A stretch of DNA of 64,000 bases from Bacteroidales bacterium (GTDB taxonomy: Bacteria > Bacteroidota > Bacteroidia > Bacteroidales > UBA12077): NCBI GenBank assembly GCA_034002805.1, contig JAVEZW010000001.1, positions 100 through 64,099 of the forward strand, read 5' to 3'. A program made the position numbers and the translations under genes. Below are positions 1-10,273 of the stretch, in pieces. The first letter of the stretch is position 1; the number at the start of each line of letters is the position of its first letter. The notes under the pieces were generated by a model. The model saw only the letters and a list, made by a program, of their open reading frames with translations. It was not told where the DNA came from and searched no databases.

Positions 1-272
1 CCATCCCACAGAATTATGAAGTGATCCGCTTTTACCCAATCGAGACTATATCCTTCTGCCTTTTTCTCAATAAATATTTTCATATAATCGAGAGCATAAT
101 TGAGAATATTCTCTTTTATTTCATCAGGATCAGTGTTGAATTTTTCCTCTTCATTGATTTGTTCATCAATAAATCTTATAAACTCTTCAAAAGAGATTTC
201 GTCAAAATTCTTTTCTTCGGCTAATTTTTGGAGATCCTTTTCTTCAAAATAGTTTAGAATTGCTGATGTCAT
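1..272 (-). CDS. hypothetical protein, N-terminal part (continues beyond window start)
   Basis: ATG at 272 on the minus strand, open frame to position 1 (MTSAILNYFEEKDLQKLAEEKNFDE...). Acidic, no motif recognised. Same orientation as, and just downstream of, the OLD-like gene. Confidence 0.35.
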   Translation of the reverse strand, partial: MTSAILNYFEEKDLQKLAEEKNFDEISFEEFIRFIDEQINEEEKFNTDPDEIKENILNYALDYMKIFIEKKAEGYSLDWVKADHFIILWD

Positions 273-397
273 ATTTATGCATATAAATTTACATATCTAT
301 TTGTCCACTCATTAGTTTGGGTAATAAAATGTCTCTTGCCACTTTGAGTTTCATATTTTTTATATTAAATATCTTATGAATAATTCTAAGTCGTTGT

Positions 398-2209
398 TTA
401 TACCATTGTTAAAAAATCACTGATTATTTCAGTTAGTTCATATCTATCTATTGCCCCATCGTTATAGATTTCTTTCGCACGAATTTGTTCAATTGTCATT
501 AAAGGCCAATATCTTTCTGCAACTTCTGTATCTCTTACTCTCATAGCTCTTGCGATATCTTTCTTAGCATCACTAGTGTCTGTAATTACTACAGTTCCCA
601 ATGGCAACCCTAAAACAGATACATCAATATAATTTTCAATTTCATTTTTCTTTGTAAGATATGCTTTTTTGCCTTCAGCTCTCAATTCTGCAATATGCTC
701 AGAATTAACTCTTGAATTTACTGGATTCGTTAAGTCTGCATCTAAGAATACACCATAAGGAACTTCAAATTGTTCTGCAATTCTTTTTGTTCTCCAATGC
801 TTTAAAGTTCCACAACCGCCCATTATTACAAGTGCAATATTTTTTTCGGCAAACGAATGGGTAATATGACCATTTTGCTTTAATAATTCTGACGCATGTC
901 TTAGAAAAACAATATCTCCTGGTCCTTCAACAAGCAATAGTGCTTGTGCCCCTTTGGGAATTGGGTCTGGCAAAACTCCAAGAGTTTTAGCAATTTCTTC
1001 AATTATATCATCAGTGCCATATTCTACAGTTGGCCCATGTTCTGTTTTTCTCACTAAACGCAAACCTTCAATTGGAAGCATTGCACCTAATGCAGGAACA
1101 TGAGTTGTGAGTATTACCTGACAATTATCTTTTTGCCCTAATCTTATGAATGCCTCAATTAACATCTCCTGATAATTAGGATGCTGTGAGGTTTCTGGCT
1201 CCTCAAAAGCATAAATAACTGAAGGTACGTTTTGCGAAGCCACTTTTCTTTCTGCTTCAGCTCTGAAAAAATTTAATAAAATCAAACGCTTAACTCCGCT
1301 TCCTCTTTTATTAATAGGAACACCGTCATCACCATCAATTGAAAAATCAAATGTCCACTTAGGTGGGGATTTGAATTTTGGGGATAAAGCTTGAGCAAGT
1401 GAAGCATCCATTTCTTTGAGTTTTTCAATCGTAAGATTCGCTCTTTCAATTACTTTATCCTTTATTTCTTGCTCCAATTGTGAAATGCGATCGGCAAATT
1501 CTTTTTTGGCTAAATCAACCGCTTCCTGTAATGGTGATTTTGCAACAGGGTCGTTATCTTTATTTTCTCTATCGACTTTAAAAATTTCAAACAACGGAAG
1601 GAGTGCTTGAATTTTTTCTTGTAGCTTTTTTGAATCACCTGCAAATTCACTAAAATCTAATTCAACATTTTCAATTCCGAGTTCTCCACAATTATTCCAA
1701 ATTGCATTTCGCCAAGAAGCACTTCTCCTTTTATCTTCAATTGCATCAGTATTTACTGTTAATTGAGCTGCTCTTGCTTTTAATCCTTTCAAGTCTAATT
1801 TGTGCAGGTCATTGTAATTTTCGGCTGTTGGATGTTGTGAAATTACATATACAGCAGGGGCTTTTAATTGAGTTCTTTTATAAACCTTTTTAATTTGTAA
1901 TTCACCATTTGCATTTAATAAATGTTCATCTGCCAAATTCGTTGGGTTTGTTTCATCAATAATTACTTCTGCGGGCAGATTATCAAACGTGCAAGTTATT
2001 TCTATTAAGCAATTCGCTTGACCAATAAAAAAATCATCCTTTTCTAAAGAAACAGAATCACAATTAAAAAAAATTGCTAATGCTTCGAGAATGCTGGATT
2101 TTCCATTGTCATTTTTGCCAACAAAACCAGTAATGCACTTATCAATAGGCAAAGTTGTCCTAGTTGAATAACCTCTAAAATTTTGTAATGTAACTTCTTT
2201 TAATCTCAT
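398..2209 (-). CDS. OLD-family ATP-dependent nuclease (ABC-type ATPase + Toprim)
   Basis: Walker A GKNDNGKSSILEAL, Walker-B-like VIYAFEEPETSQHP, TTH. C-terminal Toprim-like LLLVEGPGDIVFL and FLDADL. A fused AriA/AriB-like (PARIS) protein cannot be excluded from sequence alone. Confidence 0.7.
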   Translation of the reverse strand: MRLKEVTLQNFRGYSTRTTLPIDKCITGFVGKNDNGKSSILEALAIFFNCDSVSLEKDDFFIGQANCLIEITCTFDNLPAEVIIDETNPTNLADEHLLNANGELQIKKVYKRTQLKAPAVYVISQHPTAENYNDLHKLDLKGLKARAAQLTVNTDAIEDKRRSASWRNAIWNNCGELGIENVELDFSEFAGDSKKLQEKIQALLPLFEIFKVDRENKDNDPVAKSPLQEAVDLAKKEFADRISQLEQEIKDKVIERANLTIEKLKEMDASLAQALSPKFKSPPKWTFDFSIDGDDGVPINKRGSGVKRLILLNFFRAEAERKVASQNVPSVIYAFEEPETSQHPNYQEMLIEAFIRLGQKDNCQVILTTHVPALGAMLPIEGLRLVRKTEHGPTVEYGTDDIIEEIAKTLGVLPDPIPKGAQALLLVEGPGDIVFLRHASELLKQNGHITHSFAEKNIALVIMGGCGTLKHWRTKRIAEQFEVPYGVFLDADLTNPVNSRVNSEHIAELRAEGKKAYLTKKNEIENYIDVSVLGLPLGTVVITDTSDAKKDIARAMRVRDTEVAERYWPLMTIEQIRAKEIYNDGAIDRYELTEIISDFLTMV

Positions 2210-2213
2210 AACT

Positions 2214-3431
2214 TTAAGCTTCTATTTGTCCAATCATTAACCTGGGCAACAAAATATCCCTTGTTTCACGTAGTTTAATGTTTTGTTCACCAAGGACGCT
2301 GATTAATGTAAATATGGGTTTCACCTTTTCGGTAAATACTTTCAGTTCGCTTTCTTTAGGAATGGAGATTTTTTGTTCACCAATAAATTCTTCAAAACCG
2401 TAATTCACAATGTTGCTGGCACTATGTTTTTCGTATTGAGAAATTACTCCGTTTTCGTGGCTTGCCAATAAATACAAGTAGAAAAATTCAGGTGTAATAT
2501 TTTTGTTGGGTCGCAACATTTTACAGAAACTAGCACACATTATAGGTTTACCAATCTGTTGCAACATTTTTTCGGTTATCAAAATGCTTCTGCCAACGGG
2601 TTGTCCTTTACTGCCTCCAGAAACTTCAAACACAATATCACCAGTTTGCATACTTCGTGAAGCAAGGTTGGATTCTTTGTGATAACGAAACGGAACGTCT
2701 TTTATTTCTCCTTTTTTTGCGGCAGGAATATCTGTTCCCCGAATGACAAATGCAGGTTCGGTAAAACCTTCTTTATAATCTTCTTCTCCCCAACCACCAC
2801 CAATGTAAAATGCAAGACAGTCTTTTATGTATTCTTCCCGTTTTGTTTTGGCAGAGCTTATTTCTTGCATCATCTCTTTATAATGCAGTTGTGCCTTCTC
2901 CTCCAACAACTTTATCCGCTTCAAATTATTCTCTATCAGATCATCATAAGCCGATAAAATGCTAGCGATTTTGCGTTGGGTGGGGAGTGGGGGAAAATTG
3001 ATTTTTGATTCTCTTAGAATAGTGGTATTTATATTTTGTATAGCTGCACCATATGCTCTACCCAAAAATTCATCTTGCATTGTGAGCAAATGGTAGTAAA
3101 GAAATTCTTTATCAACCCCCCTGAAATTATTAACATATAACCAACCGTCATGAATGCACCCTTCAACTCCTAAAAACTTTATTTGCCCTAACGAAACCCC
3201 ACTTGTGGCAATAATTAATGCTCCTGGTTGCAATCTTCGACTAAATGATGCACCAAATTCATTGACAACTTCCTTTGTTTGGTAAATGTATTTTCCAGAA
3301 GCTGTTGCATCCGCAATCTTAACCCAAGGAATTGAACCTTCTAAAAAAAAAGCAGGATTGTCTATAGGTCTAGGAGAGGAACCTCTTCCAACATCACATA
3401 CTTTTCCAATTTCAATTTTCTCCCATTTCAT
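2214..3431 (-). CDS. hsdS: type I restriction-modification specificity subunit HsdS
   Basis: Two target-recognition halves separated by the conserved helix LPPLPTQRKIASILSAYDDLIENNLKRIKLLEE. C-terminal ILLPRLM-type helix. 4-nt overlap with hsdM. Confidence 0.85.
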   Translation of the reverse strand: MKWEKIEIGKVCDVGRGSSPRPIDNPAFFLEGSIPWVKIADATASGKYIYQTKEVVNEFGASFSRRLQPGALIIATSGVSLGQIKFLGVEGCIHDGWLYVNNFRGVDKEFLYYHLLTMQDEFLGRAYGAAIQNINTTILRESKINFPPLPTQRKIASILSAYDDLIENNLKRIKLLEEKAQLHYKEMMQEISSAKTKREEYIKDCLAFYIGGGWGEEDYKEGFTEPAFVIRGTDIPAAKKGEIKDVPFRYHKESNLASRSMQTGDIVFEVSGGSKGQPVGRSILITEKMLQQIGKPIMCASFCKMLRPNKNITPEFFYLYLLASHENGVISQYEKHSASNIVNYGFEEFIGEQKISIPKESELKVFTEKVKPIFTLISVLGEQNIKLRETRDILLPRLMIGQIEA

Positions 3432-5515
3432 ATTGCCAACTCTTTAAAATTTTCTGAAATGGTTTTGGCCAAAGCAATGGCTTCTTCGTTCAGTCCTTCT
3501 AGCTCAATGTGTATTTCAGCAAGGCGTTCTTCATAATCAAAATCATCATCGGTTGCTGAATCTACACCTACATATCTTCCAGGGCTCAACGAAAAATCTT
3601 TAGCTTCAATTTCTTTTTGAGTCACTACCTTACATAGTCCTTCAACGTCAGTATATTTTCCTTCGGGAAATCGACTGGTTAACCAATGGGCTTGTTTCCA
3701 GAAATATTCAGTTTCGTGCAGTAAACCGGGTTCTTCTTCATCGGGATCACCACTTAATTGCTTTTGCAGTTCTTTCATCTGGTCGACCTGTTCTTTTATA
3801 TTTAGTTCTTTCCAGTCTTTGTTTTTATTTAATTGGTATTCTTTAATAGCACTAGAAATTGTATCGAGCAATTGTTTTATTAGCTTGTCCTGTGGTTTAC
3901 GTAATACTTTGCATTGTTGTGCAATGGTTTCCAATACTGCACTATCTGTCTGTTCACCCTTCGACAAGCTCAGGGTGACAGCTTCAATGAGTTTGTTTTG
4001 CTGTTCGTAAATACTGGCGATTTCTTCAATGTTCAAACCATCTGCAAAGGTTTTTTCTTCTTTTATTTCTTTTGAGTATTTGGTTGCAAAATCACTTATG
4101 GTATTAATTACTTTTTGCAATTGCTTTTGCAATGCTGTTGTAACTTCGACTGTTTCTTGGGCTAATTCAGCAGAAGTTTTCAAATAGTTTTTTACTGTTG
4201 TTTCAAACTTTTGGGTATTGCCTCTATACAGGTTTACAATACAAATTAGGTTTTGTAGTTGCTCCGGGCTAAAGTCGTTTACCTTACTGGTTACTTTCCG
4301 GTAAATTTTTCTGGCATCGAGCATCAGCACTTTGTCTTTTTTCTCTTTGTTTTGTTCTTTCGCTCTATCAAAAAACCATAAAGTACAAGGTAATGAGCGC
4401 GTATAAAAAAAGTTGTTTCCAATGGCAATCATCACATCAACTGCACCTGTTTTAACTAACTTTTCCCGAATATCTTTTTCGCTATGTCCGGCATCACTGG
4501 CAGAAGAAGCCATAACAAATCCTGCTCTGCCCGTTGGTTTCAGGTAATTATAGAAATATTGAATCCACAAATAGTTTGCGTTGTCGTTTTTAGGAAGGCT
4601 TACTTTTCCGTCCAATAGCAAACGCGGGTCTTTCTTAACAGTATCTTTTCCTTTATCAACACCATCTACATTAAATGGTGGATTAGCCATAACAAAATCG
4701 GCCTTGCCCACCAAATCGTGCTTATCTTCGTAAAAGGTATTTCCCTCTTGAATATTACCTTCCAAGCCATGAACTGCCAAATTCATTTTAGAAAGTTTTG
4801 TATTTGTTTCTGCTTTTTCCTGTCCGTAAAATGTAACTTTCTCGGCAGGATTCAATCCTTCACTTTCTATGAAGTAGCCAGTTTGCACAAACATACCAGC
4901 ACTACCACAAGCTGGGTCAAACACTATTCCGTGGTCAGGTTCAATAACATTCACAATGGTATTAACCAAACTAAAAGGGGTAAAGAATTCACCACCTTCC
5001 TGCGCACCAGTCATAGCAAACTTATTTAGGAAATATTCATAAATCTTTCCGAATAAATCGCCTTCGGCTTTCTGCAAAACTTCCTTGTTGAATATACGTA
5101 GTAGCTCTCTGAGTAAGTCTTTGCTAAAAATAGAATAGTTTTTTGGTAAAACTCCTTTCAAATTGTCGTACTCATCTTCTATGAGTTTCATCGCATTATC
5201 AATAGCTTCGCCAATGTCGGCACTTTCAGGTAGAGAAACCAAATAATCAAATTGAGATTTTTCGGGTAAGAACATGGAGTTTTTTTCTTCAAAATCCTTC
5301 TTTGTTAATGCCCGTTTTCCTCGTTGTGGATGAATGGGAATGTTTTTTTCTACTTCTATTTTAACCTTTTGGAACCTATTGTAGGCATGACGAAGAAAAA
5401 TCAAGCCCAAAACAGGCATTGAATATTCAGTTGCAGTTAGTTTGCTATTTGCTCTAAGTTGATCAGCTGCTTTCCAAAGTTCGGTTTCTAATTTTTTAAG
5501 TTGTTTTCCTTGCAT
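3428..5515 (-). CDS. hsdM: type I R-M N6-adenine DNA methyltransferase HsdM with long C-terminal extension
   Basis: HsdM N-terminal region (LWKAADQLRANS), SAM motif FDPACGSAGMF, catalytic VMANPPFN. About 200 extra C-terminal residues rich in K/E/Q. Confidence 0.9.
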   Translation of the reverse strand: MQGKQLKKLETELWKAADQLRANSKLTATEYSMPVLGLIFLRHAYNRFQKVKIEVEKNIPIHPQRGKRALTKKDFEEKNSMFLPEKSQFDYLVSLPESADIGEAIDNAMKLIEDEYDNLKGVLPKNYSIFSKDLLRELLRIFNKEVLQKAEGDLFGKIYEYFLNKFAMTGAQEGGEFFTPFSLVNTIVNVIEPDHGIVFDPACGSAGMFVQTGYFIESEGLNPAEKVTFYGQEKAETNTKLSKMNLAVHGLEGNIQEGNTFYEDKHDLVGKADFVMANPPFNVDGVDKGKDTVKKDPRLLLDGKVSLPKNDNANYLWIQYFYNYLKPTGRAGFVMASSASDAGHSEKDIREKLVKTGAVDVMIAIGNNFFYTRSLPCTLWFFDRAKEQNKEKKDKVLMLDARKIYRKVTSKVNDFSPEQLQNLICIVNLYRGNTQKFETTVKNYLKTSAELAQETVEVTTALQKQLQKVINTISDFATKYSKEIKEEKTFADGLNIEEIASIYEQQNKLIEAVTLSLSKGEQTDSAVLETIAQQCKVLRKPQDKLIKQLLDTISSAIKEYQLNKNKDWKELNIKEQVDQMKELQKQLSGDPDEEEPGLLHETEYFWKQAHWLTSRFPEGKYTDVEGLCKVVTQKEIEAKDFSLSPGRYVGVDSATDDDFDYEERLAEIHIELEGLNEEAIALAKTISENFKELAI

Positions 5516-5579
5516 TATATCTTAAGTACACTAATTATTAATTTATGTATCAAATTTAACAATTTAAATGTGATGTGTT

Positions 5580-6749
5580 CTAATTTTCACTAATATCATA
5601 TCCCCATTGTCCTATACTCTCCATGTATTCTAGGATTAAATCAATGGTTGTATCCACAATCTTTTGGGGAATATGATTTTTGGTTATCACATATTCTAAA
5701 AAATGATAAGTCATATTTTTAAAATTTCCATCCCCAACATTTTTACCAATATTCTTATTCCAGGCAATCTCAAATCCTTTAGCTATTGCTTTATAATCGT
5801 GTGTCGACAAATAAAAATCCAGTCTTTCGAAAACAAATTTTTCTTGCTCTATATGCGATGGGGTTTTCTTGGGAAGTTTATTAAAACTAGCTAAAGGTTC
5901 AATTTTAATGTTCCAGGTAATACAATTCAGAACTCCACCACCTTCAGCAATTTCATTTGAATCTATTGGAATAACTTTACAATCAGGATATAATTCTTTA
6001 GTTCTATCAAGAGCAATTTTATCTGTTTTTAAACCAAATTGCGGAAAGAGAATTAGGTTTCCAATTTGAGCAAAATTTATATATACACCTTTTGCTACCC
6101 AATCCCCATCCATGTTTTTTTCTTCAACACTCTCTGATGGAAATTTGATAATTTTCAAACCTGTTTTTTCAAGTGCTTCATCCATTTTTTTACACCATGA
6201 TTGACTTTCATAGGAATAATCGCTTACCAACAAACTTTTTTCGTCAAGAAAACGAACCATCCCATCAGCATGACCTGAAATATCGCCTGGTTGAACAGGT
6301 AAAAGAAATATATTTTCTACTTTTAAATCCTTTTTTAAAATCGATATTACTGTTTCAGGTTCACGATTGGAATTTTCTTTAATCACCTTTTCGGTTAAAA
6401 TTGCAGTATTTTTATATTTTACAATATTTCCACCATCAACAATTAGTTTTGAAAACCGTTTATTGATTCTATCAATGATTTTTGTTTCCGTTGGAATGGT
6501 TAACCTATTAATATACTTAGGTTGAATCAGGTAATTAGGGAAAAACTCAAATTGCACAAAATCATTTGTATTTATTTGAATTGGCATATAATCTCTACAC
6601 CAAATATCCCGGGTGTTTTCAATAAAACCAACTCCAAGTTGATGTTCAATTAAAATGGGATCAAGTCGTTTCCAAAACGGGGCAAATTTTTCATTTTCCT
6701 TAATCAGAGAACTGAAATATACAAAATTGGTTTCGTGGTCGGTTATCAT
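5580..6749 (-). CDS. agmatine deiminase / peptidyl-arginine deiminase-fold (guanidino-group modifying) enzyme with unknown ~100-aa C-terminal domain
   Basis: DIWCRDYMP, DGGNIV, GDISGHADGMVRF, YINFAQIGNLILFPQFG and a catalytic-Cys segment GGGVLNCITW match the agmatine deiminase (PAD_porph) motif order. Confidence 0.6.
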   Translation of the reverse strand: MITDHETNFVYFSSLIKENEKFAPFWKRLDPILIEHQLGVGFIENTRDIWCRDYMPIQINTNDFVQFEFFPNYLIQPKYINRLTIPTETKIIDRINKRFSKLIVDGGNIVKYKNTAILTEKVIKENSNREPETVISILKKDLKVENIFLLPVQPGDISGHADGMVRFLDEKSLLVSDYSYESQSWCKKMDEALEKTGLKIIKFPSESVEEKNMDGDWVAKGVYINFAQIGNLILFPQFGLKTDKIALDRTKELYPDCKVIPIDSNEIAEGGGVLNCITWNIKIEPLASFNKLPKKTPSHIEQEKFVFERLDFYLSTHDYKAIAKGFEIAWNKNIGKNVGDGNFKNMTYHFLEYVITKNHIPQKIVDTTIDLILEYMESIGQWGYDISEN

Positions 6750-6763
6750 GGGGATTTGAAATT

Positions 6764-6952
6764 TTATTTTTGACTTATATGTTCAGTTACTACCCAAAGA
6801 TTTTGTGTAGAACCTTTCAGATGAACAACACAATAAGAAAAATGTGAACTAACCAAATATACTTCAGTACCTGATGAAAGAGTTTTCATTTTTCCATTAA
6901 ACATTAAAATTGACAATGCTTGTTCATCTTTTTCTCTAATATATCGAAACAT
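6764..6952 (-). CDS. small hypothetical protein (possibly a fragment; frame stays open upstream without ATG)
   Basis: 62-aa ORF. The same frame is open about 120 nt further upstream with no start codon. Confidence 0.25.
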   Translation of the reverse strand: MFRYIREKDEQALSILMFNGKMKTLSSGTEVYLVSSHFSYCVVHLKGSTQNLWVVTEHISQK

Positions 6953-7137
6953 TTCTTTAAAACTTGCTTTACTGGTAGCTACATATGTTGTTGTATTGAC
7001 GTTCCTTGCATAGGGAAAGTGCGGGATTTTGCCCAGCTTTCCAATCAGCCCATTGAAAAATTAAAGCAAAATAATAAATGTCAAAAAACCACTGAATCCA
7101 TCATTTTTCTGATGCCGAGTTTCCTGTTGGGTTTTTA

Positions 7138-8562
7138 TCAATATGGATCAAGAACTATTGAATTTGTAAATATTATCAATCTTTTAGAGGCACGAGTCAT
7201 TGCAACATATAAATGCTTAGGACATTTAAACTTATGAGCATTGAGAATTACTACTGTTTCAAATTCCAACCCTTTTGTAAGCAAAGTTGTCCCAACACAT
7301 TTTCCATATATTTTTCGACCAACCCTTCGAACATTATTTCTTCTTTTTACCATAGAGTCATAGACTAATATATTGTCAATAATTGACTCTTTAATCGCTT
7401 TGCATAAAGAACTAAAAAGCTCCTTTCTATAGCATTTAACATCCGGTAATTTAATTATTTTCGTTATTGTATCTAGAACAATCGGTAAAGAAATATTTTT
7501 CTGTAATTCAGAAAAATTTGATTGCAACGGTTTTAATAATTCTTTGTCACTCTCTTTAACTTTTCTTTTTAATCCAATTTCATTAAACCAGATACCAATT
7601 CCAGTTTTATTTGAAAGTTCAATGCATATATTCTTAATCGTAGGTAATACATTTTGACTTTTCAAATTATCAATTGCATTTGACAACTTGTAAAAATCCT
7701 CATTGTCTATTGATTCAATGAGAATTGGTATATTTAAAAATCTTTGGATAAAATTAATTCGAGAATAAATACTTACTGAAACAGGATCAATTATAAGAAT
7801 ACTTTTTTCGTTTTTTATTAATTTGAAAATCATATCATAGTTGCGATAATCTGAATATATATCGTTACTGACAAATGTTTCAATTGAATTAAATTGTTGT
7901 AAATCTATTGAATTATTGCTAATTAATAGAGTTCTCACTAATGCTAACTGATTACCTAAAACCTCATTATTACCATTTCTCCATCTCCATGGAGTAATTA
8001 ATTCTTGCTTATTATCATAAAATTCACCCATTATTGCTTGGTCAGTTAAATCAACAATTGGCTCATTAAAATCAAATATACCTTGTAAAAAATCACCTAA
8101 AATGTGAGTTGGTAAAATACTTGATAAAGTTAAAATTAATTCATGCTGCTTAAGAGTACAATCCTGATATTCATCTACAAAAAGTCCATCATAAGTATTT
8201 GATATAACTTTAGATACTGATTTTATTTTAATTATTTGATTTGCTGTTTCAATAATAAATGGATAATACTTCTTTTTATCTTCTTGTTTTGGTAGCTCTT
8301 TTTGGGAAAATGCTAATACATATTTTTGAGCGAAGCTAGTTATTGTTTCAACATTAAAGCAAGTATGAGAAACATCAAGCTTAGCTATTTTTTCTTTTAT
8401 TGAATCAACTCCAGCATGAGTATGAGTTAATATTAAATGTTTGCCTAATTGATTGTCTTGAATATATTTCAAACACTTACCAATTGAATATGTTTTCCCA
8501 TAACCAGCTGGGGCTATTAGCATACTCTTAGGTTTAGTGATAAAATCTTCAATATTAAGCAT
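7138..8562 (-). CDS. gajB: Gabija GajB, UvrD-like SF1 helicase
   Basis: Walker A APAGYGKT, motif II VDEYQD, C-terminal TKGLEFETVVIL and LYVAMTRASKRL. 8-nt overlap with the upstream OLD-type gene. Confidence 0.8.
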   Translation of the reverse strand: MLNIEDFITKPKSMLIAPAGYGKTYSIGKCLKYIQDNQLGKHLILTHTHAGVDSIKEKIAKLDVSHTCFNVETITSFAQKYVLAFSQKELPKQEDKKKYYPFIIETANQIIKIKSVSKVISNTYDGLFVDEYQDCTLKQHELILTLSSILPTHILGDFLQGIFDFNEPIVDLTDQAIMGEFYDNKQELITPWRWRNGNNEVLGNQLALVRTLLISNNSIDLQQFNSIETFVSNDIYSDYRNYDMIFKLIKNEKSILIIDPVSVSIYSRINFIQRFLNIPILIESIDNEDFYKLSNAIDNLKSQNVLPTIKNICIELSNKTGIGIWFNEIGLKRKVKESDKELLKPLQSNFSELQKNISLPIVLDTITKIIKLPDVKCYRKELFSSLCKAIKESIIDNILVYDSMVKRRNNVRRVGRKIYGKCVGTTLLTKGLEFETVVILNAHKFKCPKHLYVAMTRASKRLIIFTNSIVLDPY

Positions 8563-10246
8563 TATCTAGCCAATTTGATAAACCTTCAATTTGAGACTTT
8601 AATTTTTTACCTTCCATATCCTTTAAATATCTACAGCAAACAGAACCAAGAAATTCACCGTGGTCAATTCTTTTGAACCACTCTTTATCCTTCACTACTG
8701 AGGCTTTTAGTAGAGCTTCTCGCATTAATTTATTATCAGTATTTCTCCAATCGACAGGTAAAACACCTCCAAATTTATCTTTTATAGAATCTTCCAAATT
8801 TGGTTTTTCCTTTAATACATAATCAATTAATTCTTTTATACCATTCCACGGTAAATCCTCAAAAATTTGCTTTTCAAGGGAATTCCCTGCATTCCAATCA
8901 AACAGTTGAATGTTTTTTTCTCTCAATTCCTGTTTAGTTGGCTTAAGTTTATCATCCTTGTCGGAATCACAAAATACACAAGTATCAATATTCAGCTCTT
9001 TCAACTTTAATGCCTTATCAATAAAGCCATCACCTGCACCTAATATGTAAACTACATTTTTTGCTGCAAAACTTAAAAGCCCATCTTTAATTCGGTAAGA
9101 ATCTAATGCTCTACATATTCCTATCTCTGTTTTGCCTTCACAAACAATTGTTTTTGAAGCATATATAGCTTCTGGACATGAACGAACTAAACTTTGGAAT
9201 TTGTCATTATCTGGTACGAATTGACTTGAAAGAATTCCATCTGTAATTTTAATTCTTAAAAGATTCTCACATTCTAATTCTTCAATTACTCCCTGAGAAT
9301 GCGTAGTAATAAAAACTTGACCTTGATTCTTTCTGTTCATACTGCATAAAGTTCTAGTCAAGTGCTTAACTCTATCAGGTTCTAAACCTTGCTCAAGTTC
9401 ATCAATTAAAATTATTCCTCCTAAGCTTGTCAAAGTGATTTGTATGGCAATTGAAATTAATCTTTTCGAGCCCTTCCCCTTTAATCTAAAAGGAATATTA
9501 TTATCATGCAGACAAACTCGACCATCCTTAATTGTTATATCTTTAAAATCAATTGTTGTATTTGTATTTTGAATATTTACACCAAGGCTTAATGTTGATT
9601 CCTTAATTTTATTAACAACTGATGTTAAGTGTTCAAAATCTAAAGTGTCAATTTGAGATTTTGCTTGTCTTAAAGCATCAATTATAAAATTATTTTCTGT
9701 TTCAACTTCCTTATCTTGTTTTAGAATTGAATATAATGGATTGCCTTTAGTCCAAGAAAAGTGTTGATTAATAAAATCTGAAACAAGAAAAACATTGAGA
9801 CTTGCTCTATCTCTGGATCTAATCTCCTTCGGTGCTTGTCTTTGGTTTATAATTGACCACTTAGGCTCTAAATCCCTTTCAACTTTTAATTTAATCGTTA
9901 AAATCTGAGTGCTATCATCAATTGGCTCATCTTCAATTATGCCAGATTTATCATTGAGAAAACGTTCATATAAACCATATTTATCCTCTTGCAATAACTT
10001 TTGAGGCAAATTGTAAAGCGAAGCTTCTATTTCTATTGGATTATCTATTTCGCATTTATAAAAGTCAGTGTCATAAAAAGTCAAATTCCAACTAGGTGAT
10101 AAAACATAAGAAATTGCTTCAAGAATAGTAGACTTTCCAGAATCACCCCTGCCAACAATGCAAACAAAATCGGTATAACCAAATGTATGGTCGAAGCTTT
10201 TTATACCTCTAAAATTTGTAATTTTCAATGAATAAATTTTCGCCAT
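8555..10246 (-). CDS. gajA: Gabija GajA, OLD-family ATPase-Toprim endonuclease
   Basis: Walker A GRGDSGKSTILEAI, Walker B ILIDELEQGLEP, ITTHS. Toprim IVCEGKTEIG and VFCDSDKDD. Its size and the pairing with a UvrD-like gene match Gabija. Confidence 0.8.
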   Translation of the reverse strand: MAKIYSLKITNFRGIKSFDHTFGYTDFVCIVGRGDSGKSTILEAISYVLSPSWNLTFYDTDFYKCEIDNPIEIEASLYNLPQKLLQEDKYGLYERFLNDKSGIIEDEPIDDSTQILTIKLKVERDLEPKWSIINQRQAPKEIRSRDRASLNVFLVSDFINQHFSWTKGNPLYSILKQDKEVETENNFIIDALRQAKSQIDTLDFEHLTSVVNKIKESTLSLGVNIQNTNTTIDFKDITIKDGRVCLHDNNIPFRLKGKGSKRLISIAIQITLTSLGGIILIDELEQGLEPDRVKHLTRTLCSMNRKNQGQVFITTHSQGVIEELECENLLRIKITDGILSSQFVPDNDKFQSLVRSCPEAIYASKTIVCEGKTEIGICRALDSYRIKDGLLSFAAKNVVYILGAGDGFIDKALKLKELNIDTCVFCDSDKDDKLKPTKQELREKNIQLFDWNAGNSLEKQIFEDLPWNGIKELIDYVLKEKPNLEDSIKDKFGGVLPVDWRNTDNKLMREALLKASVVKDKEWFKRIDHGEFLGSVCCRYLKDMEGKKLKSQIEGLSNWLDNA

Positions 10247-10273
10247 AATATCCTTTTTATATTTCTATTTCGA

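Noticed and set aside
1416-5029. Plus-strand ORFs 1416-1610, 1702-1893, 2679-2957, 3819-4010 and 4718-5029 inside the OLD-like gene, hsdS and hsdM
   Set aside because: They are antisense shadow ORFs fully embedded in well-supported minus-strand genes. Their translations are low-complexity and rich in Phe, Leu and Cys.
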